From contig JAQBUT010000044.1 in assembly GCA_027623195.1 (NCBI GenBank), positions 1-14,019 of the forward strand: a stretch of DNA of 14,019 bases, in the 5' to 3' direction. The translations under genes and the position numbers were made by a program. This stretch comes from Chloroflexota bacterium. Lineage in GTDB: Bacteria; Chloroflexota; Dehalococcoidia; Lucifugimonadales; JADFKI01. Under the pieces are notes generated by a model, which saw only the letters and a list, made by a program, of their open reading frames with translations, was not told where the DNA came from and made no database searches. How positions within the stretch are numbered: position 1 is the first letter of the stretch; every line of letters starts with the position of its first letter. Of this stretch, positions 7,226-14,019 are shown in pieces.

Positions 7226-7499
7226 GATCCCCCTTAACTAATGGTTAATCCGCCTCATTCAGATGCTCGCCCCATTTCCCCTACCACGCTTCCGGCATCT
7301 ACTTCGCCTATATGGTGGCAGCCATGTCCTCGCGCCGCCTCTCGCCGAGGCCGTCCAGCCTTAATTGAGCTAAGAAGGTAATGGTTTCTTGCCTCCGTTG
7401 GCGCTGAATACACTCATGCTGGCAACGGGCACTGGCTATGGAGGCCGGGCAACGGATTGTAACGGCCAATCACGCTTAGTCCTCCATGCCATCTTGAAT

Positions 7500-7538
7500 A
7501 AAAAAGCCCCGGCTGCCTAGTGGAAGCAGCCGGGGCTT
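7500..7538 (-). terminator. Intrinsic terminator of the ABC transporter operon
   Basis: AAGCCCCGGCTGC-N9-GCAGCCGGGGCTT perfect stem. A6 at 7500-7505 reads as U6 on the minus strand, just past the adaptor stop at 7566. Confidence 0.88.
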
Positions 7539-7565
7539 AAAATTCGTCTTCTTGGTGTGCCGGGG

Positions 7566-9602
7566 TTAGCGCAGTTTGCTTACCTCGGTTCCAGCGTCAA
7601 TCTTACTTATGGTAGCCGTCATATTCCACCGCAGCCTCTCATCGAAGCCGTTCAGCGTTATCTGCGCTGTGTAGGTGATGGCCCCCTGCTTCTGCTGGCC
7701 GAACTTGCTTATGCTAGCAACCGTCCCCTGCATATCAAGTCCTGGCAGCGCATCGAAACTGACATCCACCGTATCGCCCTCGCGTAGGTTAACGACGCTT
7801 AGCTCATCCAGGTCGTCGGTCTCGATCTCCCACTGGGATACGTCCGCAATCCGCATTACAACGTCAGACGGACCGATCTCCTCGCCGATGTGTATGTCTA
7901 TGGCCGTCACGGTGCCTCCGAAAGGCGCGCGTATCTCTGTATCTTCCAGGGCAATGGTAGCTATTGCCAGATTGGCTCCTGCAACCTCTACAGCAGCTTT
8001 AGCCTCTGCCAATACCGCGTCTCGCCTCGCTTCATCAAGAGGGTCGGGGCCGACGCTGAGACGGGCGTAACGGGAGTTTGCCCTCTCGAATTGGCCGCGT
8101 GCCAACTCTATCTCGAAGGCATTGGGCCAGTCCAGCATGTCATTTAGTTCTGCCTCGGCGGCAAGCATCTTCGCCTTCGCTTGGGCCACAGCTATAGGGT
8201 GTGGATAATTGACAAGGTCGTCCCTGGCCGCAATCGCTGCAGCAAACTGGCCAATGGCGTAATCGACATCGAAGTTCGCCTTGCCTGACATTACCTGGGC
8301 CAACTCATTTTCGGCATCCGTGAGGCCCTGCTCGGCGTCGAAAATAGCATTCTCCGCCTTCGCCACCGCCGAAGGGCCATCCGACGCAGCCGTGTTCAAT
8401 CCATCCTGAGCGTCCAGATGAGCCTCCCACACGTCCTCTATTTCACGTTCTATGCAGGTCAGCCCATTTGGAACGTCCAATGTGTCGTCGCAGGTAGGCG
8501 TCACAGAACCGGCTAGAGGATGGAGGTATAGCCACGCAAACACCGTGAACTCATTCCATCGCGTCGAAGGGTCGTCAGGTGCTATGCCATTGGCATATAC
8601 CAGGTTGTTTCTATTAAAAACTTCGTTCAGGTCCAAACCCCAATTCTCGTACAGGGTTTCGGGAGCCATGGCGCTTTCTGCAAGGGTCAGGTCAATACCC
8701 AACCACTTAAGGTAACCGTCACGCAAATTATCCTCGCCATCATTTGCCAGGTTTTGCGCGGTGCGGATTCCCAAGGCACTCTGGGCCTTTGCGGATTCCA
8801 GGTCCCACTTGGCGTTATTCAAGCCATTGCCTGCCGAAGTGACACCGTTAATAGCGTCCTGTAGGGCCTTATCTAGCTTCCTTGCCTCCTTCAAAGCGAC
8901 CTGAGTCCTGAGGACTGCAAGCTCCGAATCCGCAACGGCCTTCGTCCGTGAGGCGAGGTTCGCTACGGTGTCCGAGGTTTCCGGGATGTCATCGGTGGTG
9001 GACACTCCCAGGGCAACCAGATAGTCTTCCTGAGCTTGTTCAAGACCAGCCTGAGCGTTGGCCAGTGCACCATCCTGAATTGCTTTGAATTTAGCCCATT
9101 CCGGCAGCAAGGAGTCCCCTTGCCCCAAAAGCTCTCCCGAGACATGCAGGAAGTTCGCCTCGGCATCCCTGAGGGCCAACCCGGCCAGTTCTGCATCTAT
9201 CGGCAAAGTCTCCATCTCATCCTGGCGTTCCTTGCCGATGGTGGCCGCCAGTTCAGCCGATTTCGATTTGGCTATAGCCAGGTCCGTCTGAGCCCTGGTG
9301 AAGGCAGATGACTCCCGCCCGTTCTCCAGCCTTGCCAATACATCGCCCTGCGAGACGATCTGGTTTTGAGAAACCAAAATCTCGTGCACGACGCCGGCCT
9401 TGGTCATGCTAAGGTCCGCGCTCCGGATGGGGAGGACCACAGCATCAGCCGTGACAGAGGTCAAGACGATAGCTATGGGCGTAGCGCCTTCTTCGCTGAT
9501 GTCGCTGTCACCACTTATCACCATGACCAACACAACCACTATTAACACTATAGCGGCGGCGGCGCCTCCGGCCCCCCAAACAACGATTCTATTAAATTTC
9601 AC
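7566..9602 (-). CDS. HlyD/membrane-fusion family adaptor subunit (MacA/YknX-like), unusually long (678 aa)
   Basis: GTG start after AAAGGAGA. N-terminal TM helix, first lipoyl half GVVHEILVSQNQIVSQGDVLARL, long Ala/Leu/Glu heptad region, second half EIRAPFGGTVTAIDIHIGEEI, and beta-barrel DELSVVNLREGDTVDVSFDALP...LRWNMTA. Confidence 0.9.
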   Translation of the reverse strand: MKFNRIVVWGAGGAAAAIVLIVVVLVMVISGDSDISEEGATPIAIVLTSVTADAVVLPIRSADLSMTKAGVVHEILVSQNQIVSQGDVLARLENGRESSAFTRAQTDLAIAKSKSAELAATIGKERQDEMETLPIDAELAGLALRDAEANFLHVSGELLGQGDSLLPEWAKFKAIQDGALANAQAGLEQAQEDYLVALGVSTTDDIPETSDTVANLASRTKAVADSELAVLRTQVALKEARKLDKALQDAINGVTSAGNGLNNAKWDLESAKAQSALGIRTAQNLANDGEDNLRDGYLKWLGIDLTLAESAMAPETLYENWGLDLNEVFNRNNLVYANGIAPDDPSTRWNEFTVFAWLYLHPLAGSVTPTCDDTLDVPNGLTCIEREIEDVWEAHLDAQDGLNTAASDGPSAVAKAENAIFDAEQGLTDAENELAQVMSGKANFDVDYAIGQFAAAIAARDDLVNYPHPIAVAQAKAKMLAAEAELNDMLDWPNAFEIELARGQFERANSRYARLSVGPDPLDEARRDAVLAEAKAAVEVAGANLAIATIALEDTEIRAPFGGTVTAIDIHIGEEIGPSDVVMRIADVSQWEIETDDLDELSVVNLREGDTVDVSFDALPGLDMQGTVASISKFGQQKQGAITYTAQITLNGFDERLRWNMTATISKIDAGTEVSKLR

Positions 9603-9665
9603 GTCTAGTCTCCTTTATTTGCCTTATCTAATAGCAAAACCAACATTTTTAACAAATCATAGTCT

Positions 9666-12086
9666 TTATTCGTAGGACAAGACTTCTCTTACGCTAACCC
9701 GTGATGCCTTCCAGGCAGGCATTCCACTGGATATAACAGACAGTATTAAGACGATCCCCAGCCAAATGACAGCACCAACTGCCGAGTACTTGTACCCGAA
9801 CTGGAAATCGATAGCATCGGCGATCAATTTGCTAAAAAGAATGCCTAACGGAATGCTCAATGGCAGGGCTATCAGCCAGCTAAGGAAGCCTATCGTCACT
9901 CCCTCGCCCACGAATATGCCACTGACGGCACGTCCGGAGGCCCCAATCGCCCGCATCACGCCAACCTCTCTTTGCCGCTCGAGCGCGCTGATTCCCAAGG
10001 CGCCCGACAGACCAATGCTTCCGACGATTGCAATCAGAACAGATATTACCAGCAGGAGGTACGTGATGATACTCAGGCCCCCAGAGTTCTGCTCCAAGAA
10101 CTTTGCGGAGGTAAGGGAGGTGCTAACGTCTTTGCCCTGAAGCTCCAGCCAATCCCTAAGGTCGCGGGAGAACTGAACAAGTTGGGCCTCATCCTGACTG
10201 TCCGTGCCGACGAACAGGGTGCTGCCCCGGCCGACGGTGCTCTGTTCCCGAAGAAGTACGTCTAGCCAAACAACCGAAGCCGATTGATCTGCATTAACGT
10301 CAAACAGTAGGCCAACGATAACCCACTCTTTATCCTTTCCATTTTGCTCTATAACGACGGCGTCACCTACGGAGACGCCCAGTTCGGCAGCCAGGTGCTC
10401 GTTTAACACCACGGCCTTGTCGTCCTCTGGTAGGAGATACCGTCCAGCCGTTAAGACCTCGCCGTAGGCATGTCCCTCTCTTGATACGCCGATAAGAGTG
10501 ATCGATTCCTCGTCTATTTTCTCTCTATCGTCGGTCCTTCGGACGGCAGCTCCACCGCCGAACTCCAGCATTTCGGCGTATGTAACCTCGGGCAGGCTGC
10601 CTACTAAGGTCTCCATGTTATTGACGCGCTGGGGCTGCTTAAAGCCGATCAATATATCAAATCTATAGGTGTCCAAGAAATCGTCAAAGAATCCCGTCAT
10701 GGAGGACTGAACGGTCATAGCCATCATGAATATCGCACCGGAGAAGACCAGCGCGACTAGGGTCATCGTGAGCCGACCCTTGTTGCGAAATGTATTGCTG
10801 ATAGTTAAAGCCACCAAAGGTGGAAGCCTTCGAAGCTTGGAAAGCATTTTCTCTATTGGGCCAACGCCAACCGCAAGTCCATAACCACTGATGGCATCAC
10901 GAACGGTCGTCCGAGCCGCTGCCGTAACGGGCCAAAGCGCGGCAATTAGGGGCGACAGCAGTCCGAGGAAAAGCTGTACCAGGACGGCCATCAACGGAAA
11001 CTTAAAGTCTACGGCCTCCATATTGAAAAGGCCGAGCATTACTGCGGACATCTGAAACGCGCCGAGCACTCCCAAAGGTATCGCAATACTCAATGCAATT
11101 ACGACGTACACCATCACGTTGCTCAGATATATTCGAAATATCTCCCTGGAGGACGCTCCGACGGCCTTCATTACCCCTATCTGAGGCACCTGCTCCGTCA
11201 CGATGGCTGTGATCGTATTAACCACCAGGAAAAGGCTCAGTCCGAGGGTCAGGAACGACATAACAACCAGCAGCAGGAAGATGCCGTTGATAGTGTCCTG
11301 GAAGAAGTGTTCCTCAGGGTCAAAGGTCTCCGGCGTCCCGTGCCCTATATCTAGGTCGTCGAGGCGGTCCGTGATATCTACCGCAATCTCTTTGGCCGTG
11401 TCCTCGTCGTATACGGGCAAGGCCGCAACGATCTGATTGAACCCGGAGGGGCCGCCAATCTTCTCAACATCGCGACGCTTCATGTAAAAGGTGGCATCGG
11501 CCCCGAAAACAATAGGCTCCGCCCAAACGTCGTACAGTTGGCCTACAACTATAAAGGCCATCGGACGTTCATTTACTTCCAGATATATGGTTGAACCCAG
11601 CGGAATGTTGAATTTACCGGCGGTGCCACGCTCAACAACAACACCACGGCTTGTTGGCCAACTGCCCGATTCCAGCGTCAGCTTTTCATATGTCTGATTG
11701 TCATAGTCGTCTCGGGCGACTAGGCCCACGGCCTCCCAGGGGTCTTCCAGGTGCATTTTCCAGCGAGGGCTGTTGTAGAATATCTTGCCTTCCGCTTCTT
11801 CTATGCCTGGCAATTTTCCTATTGCCCTTATAGTGTCGTCGGTCACTCCCGAACCAACTGCCGTTTCTGAAAAGCCACCGCCAATACTGATGTGGGCCGG
11901 ATTCGAGGAACGCCAAGTCTTCCCCATGCGGTCCTGCATGATATCCAGCAACCCCATGGTCATTCCTATGGCAAAGATTCCCACGCCGATGCTCAGGACG
12001 ACCTGCGCAGTGCGGCCCTTGCGAGCCGTGACGTCTCGCCACACTTTTTTCCAAATGACGTTGATATTCGGTTGTCTAATATCCAT
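9666..12086 (-). CDS. MacB/FtsX-family ABC transporter permease with duplicated periplasmic-core and FtsX domains (806 aa)
   Basis: KVWRD...KGRT N-terminus with TM; EQVPQIGVMKAVGA and ERQREVGVMRAIGA FtsX motifs; second half starts NTFRNKGRLTMT; C-terminus PAWKASRVSVREVLSYE. Confidence 0.93.
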   Translation of the reverse strand: MDIRQPNINVIWKKVWRDVTARKGRTAQVVLSIGVGIFAIGMTMGLLDIMQDRMGKTWRSSNPAHISIGGGFSETAVGSGVTDDTIRAIGKLPGIEEAEGKIFYNSPRWKMHLEDPWEAVGLVARDDYDNQTYEKLTLESGSWPTSRGVVVERGTAGKFNIPLGSTIYLEVNERPMAFIVVGQLYDVWAEPIVFGADATFYMKRRDVEKIGGPSGFNQIVAALPVYDEDTAKEIAVDITDRLDDLDIGHGTPETFDPEEHFFQDTINGIFLLLVVMSFLTLGLSLFLVVNTITAIVTEQVPQIGVMKAVGASSREIFRIYLSNVMVYVVIALSIAIPLGVLGAFQMSAVMLGLFNMEAVDFKFPLMAVLVQLFLGLLSPLIAALWPVTAAARTTVRDAISGYGLAVGVGPIEKMLSKLRRLPPLVALTISNTFRNKGRLTMTLVALVFSGAIFMMAMTVQSSMTGFFDDFLDTYRFDILIGFKQPQRVNNMETLVGSLPEVTYAEMLEFGGGAAVRRTDDREKIDEESITLIGVSREGHAYGEVLTAGRYLLPEDDKAVVLNEHLAAELGVSVGDAVVIEQNGKDKEWVIVGLLFDVNADQSASVVWLDVLLREQSTVGRGSTLFVGTDSQDEAQLVQFSRDLRDWLELQGKDVSTSLTSAKFLEQNSGGLSIITYLLLVISVLIAIVGSIGLSGALGISALERQREVGVMRAIGASGRAVSGIFVGEGVTIGFLSWLIALPLSIPLGILFSKLIADAIDFQFGYKYSAVGAVIWLGIVLILSVISSGMPAWKASRVSVREVLSYE

Positions 12087-12097
12087 AAGACTAGAAC

Positions 12098-12847
12098 CTA
12101 AAGGGTAATCCTCCTGGATTCCGCGTCCCTGATTATCTGCCCATCAGCTATCTCGATCATTCTTGGCGTTCTGTGGGCTAGATTCTGGTCGTGCGTGACC
12201 ATGATCAGGGTCTTCCCATCCTGAACTAACCGAAAGAAGAGCTCCACCATACGCTCGCTGGAAGCTGAGTCCAGATTGCCCGTAGGCTCGTCCCCAACGA
12301 TAAGAGGAGGGTCATTTGCCATAGCCCTTGCTATGGCTGCGCGCTGTTGCTGTCCACCGCTCACCATGCTGGGTAGCTTTAGGGCGTGCTCCGCCAGGCC
12401 TACAGTGTTCAGAAGTTCCAGGGCCCGCTTTCTTCGTTCTCTTCGTTCGTACTTGTTGGCGAAGTCCATGGGTAGTATGACGTTGTCTACGAGGCTAAGG
12501 GCTGGAAGCAATTGGAAGAACTGGAAAATAAGGCCGAGATTTTGACCTCTCCACCGCGCCAACTGGCCTTCATTCATAGCATGAATCTTGGTTCCGCCAA
12601 CCTCGATTTCGCCCTCGGTGGGCCTGTCGATGCCGGTGAACATGTTTATCAGCGTGGATTTGCCGCTGCCGGAAGGCCCCACAATGGATACGAATTCCCC
12701 CTGACGGATTTGAAAGGAGAGGTTCTTAAGAATTATCACCTCGCCATCGCCCACGGGAAAGCTTTTTACAAGATTACGGACGTCTATCAGTACGCCTCCC
12801 ACGGACTCCTCTGCGTTATCCTGAGATACCTTCGTTTTTGTTACCAT
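12098..12847 (-). CDS. ABC transporter ATP-binding protein (LolD/MacB family)
   Basis: AGGAG RBS; Walker A GPSGSGKST; Q-loop IFQFFQLL; signature VSGGQQQR; Walker B IVGDEPTGNLD; H-loop MVTHD. Confidence 0.95.
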   Translation of the reverse strand: MVTKTKVSQDNAEESVGGVLIDVRNLVKSFPVGDGEVIILKNLSFQIRQGEFVSIVGPSGSGKSTLINMFTGIDRPTEGEIEVGGTKIHAMNEGQLARWRGQNLGLIFQFFQLLPALSLVDNVILPMDFANKYERRERRKRALELLNTVGLAEHALKLPSMVSGGQQQRAAIARAMANDPPLIVGDEPTGNLDSASSERMVELFFRLVQDGKTLIMVTHDQNLAHRTPRMIEIADGQIIRDAESRRITL

Positions 12848-13095
12848 TCCGTCTCCTGGTCCATGATTCGCAGTTCAACCGAAACATGGTAACTCTTGGC
12901 CACCAAGCGGTGCCCATTTAAGATAACGAACCCCCTGCCTCTGATAGCAGTACCGAACTTTAAGCAGTCCAACTGGAAGCAAATCGCCGTTAATTACGTG
13001 GAGATTCGCGACCAGTATCTTCTTCCAATATATCAATGTTCCGGAATTATTCTTCACTTATATAAGAAGGCTTCGTGATAATTTCAAGCGCCAGG

Positions 13096-13395
13096 CTACT
13101 TCAAGGAAGCGTAGGCCACCTCGAAGCCATCCTGGTCGGGTGTTCTAGTGAGATACTCAGTGAATTTACCGATCTGTTCCTGGTAGTAGCCGCTCTCCTG
13201 GCCCTGCAAGAGATCTTTCTCGGAATCCCATATGGTTATTGATATAGCTTTCCCGGTGGCGGCATCGGTAAATAGAATCGCGCCTTTGAAGCCCTCCTGT
13301 TGCTCAGCAGCAGGCACAACAGACTCTACGTATATGCTTGTGGCTGTTTCCAGGTCTTCCGGCGCAACTTGTACTGAAACGATTCTGCCGTGCAT
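13096..13395 (-). CDS. Antibiotic biosynthesis monooxygenase (ABM)-like dimeric alpha+beta barrel protein, 99 aa
   Basis: AGGGGG RBS. Pattern MHGRIVSVQV...VVPAAEQQEGFKGAILFTDAATGKAISITIWDSE...FEV is typical of the ABM fold. Confidence 0.82.
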   Translation of the reverse strand: MHGRIVSVQVAPEDLETATSIYVESVVPAAEQQEGFKGAILFTDAATGKAISITIWDSEKDLLQGQESGYYQEQIGKFTEYLTRTPDQDGFEVAYASLK

Positions 13396-13484
13396 AATTC
13401 CCCCTACTTTGCATTCACTTCATGGTCGCCGCATTGAATTCCTAATTTAATGCGAGGTAGACCCTCGATAGGACAAGGCCCACT

Positions 13485-13513
13485 ACTGTAGGCGACCTCG
13501 TCAAACCCGTCAA
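13485..13513 (-). promoter_or_regulatory. Candidate sigma70 promoter TTGACG-N17-TACAGT for the ABM gene
   Basis: On the minus strand, -35 TTGACG (13508-13513), 17-nt spacer, -10 TACAGT (13485-13490), about 90 nt upstream of the ATG at 13395. Confidence 0.45.
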
Positions 13514-13530
13514 TGGCGACTAAACGCCAA

Positions 13531-13553
13531 TACGCCATCTTTGAGATGGCGTA
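13531..13553. repeat. Perfect inverted repeat TACGCCATCT-TTG-AGATGGCGTA (terminator-like hairpin or operator)
   Basis: 10-bp perfect arms with a 3-nt loop, between the 13653..13880 gene and the ABM promoter. No strong U tract. Confidence 0.7.
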
Positions 13554-13652
13554 AATCGGCCGGGTGGGGGAGGACATCTGAGTCAATTAATGCGGCTAGC
13601 GTACGCAACCCAGATTAGCGCTAGAGAGGGATGGGATGTAGTTCTCATAAAT

Positions 13653-13880
13653 CTAGCCTACAAATAACTCAGCGTAAAGAAGTCGGACCAACTGTTGAGG
13701 CGTGAACTCACATCGCTGGCCGACCTCCATGAAGTCAGTCATGCGCAGGTCGCGTTCGTCCTGCTGCTCTTCATCCAATTCCTCACCGTTAACGAATATT
13801 CGTTAGGCATATTCCCTGAGAATTGCCAGGTGGTCGAAAAATACATCCGCATCGTCGGCTCTTTGGGTAGATAGGGCCAT
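13653..13880 (-). pseudogene. Small acidic helical hypothetical protein (75 codons) interrupted by one in-frame TAA
   Basis: GGAG RBS 8 nt before ATG 13880. Reads MALSTQRADDADVFFDHLAILREYA*RIFVNGEELDEEQQDERDLRMTDFMEVGQRCEFTPQQLVRLLYAELFVG*, with TAA at 13803-13805 and the final TAG at 13653-13655 in the same frame. Confidence 0.7.
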
Positions 13881-14019
13881 GTGAAATTCTCCAATGAATA
13901 TAACTGCATGAATCTGCTCGATAATCTAAATTTAACAGCGAGTGTAGACCGTCAGCGAAAGTGGGACACAAATGGACCTGAAATTAGTGGAGACTATAGG
14001 CAGGTAGAGTGAGCTCCTG

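Noticed and set aside
7510..7535. GGAAGCAGCC, similar to the SRP RNA conserved helix
   Set aside because: The CAGG...GNRA part is missing; the sequence is explained as the ABC operon terminator.
12875..12925. Minus-strand TAAATGGGCACC...GAGTTA resembling a c-di-GMP-II riboswitch upstream of the ABC operon
   Set aside because: The pseudoknot partner GTGCAACCG and the 5' GGAA/TGAA elements are absent.
1653..13805. Possible stop-codon reassignment suggested by in-frame TAA/TGA at 1653, 1937 and 13803
   Set aside because: Intact genes in the window end normally at TAA and TAG and have no internal stops. The lesions are of mixed type and include frameshifts, which points to decay or error.
196..13971. 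Many antisense or alternative-frame ORFs in the track (e.g. 1080..1430, 3613..4218, 4228..4884, 5727..6182, 6518..6832, 13404..13586, 13789..13971)
   Set aside because: They are shadows of well-supported genes or low-complexity linkers, or lack an RBS and protein-like features.

Overview
Bacterial chromosomal window. The gene set and style suggest Chloroflexota, probably a SAR202/Dehalococcoidia-like organism (inference). Bases 1-~2373 look like the right end of an element integrated into a tRNA-Thr(CGU) gene. This part holds the 3' end of a probable helix-turn-helix-ending gene, a lipoprotein with three Cys-rich septum-formation-like repeats, a decayed lipoprotein gene, a tandem 11-bp repeat resembling integrase arm sites, and the 3' half only of the tRNA (attR-like). 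Next come a stand-alone MmgE/PrpD-family gene and a divergent amidohydrolase_2 gene. After them is a lipoprotein/Ig-like/PT-linker/cohesin gene split by a single frameshift. A MacAB/YknXYZ-type ABC operon follows, whose 678-aa adaptor has a very long hairpin with a Trp/Cys-containing domain near its tip. The window ends with an ABM-fold small protein and a small gene broken by an in-frame TAA lying in a 16-bp palindrome. The ORF track misses three coding regions (1..156, 1635..2005, 13653..13880) and splits a fourth in two (5770..7112). All calls come from reading the sequence by eye; no database searches were run.
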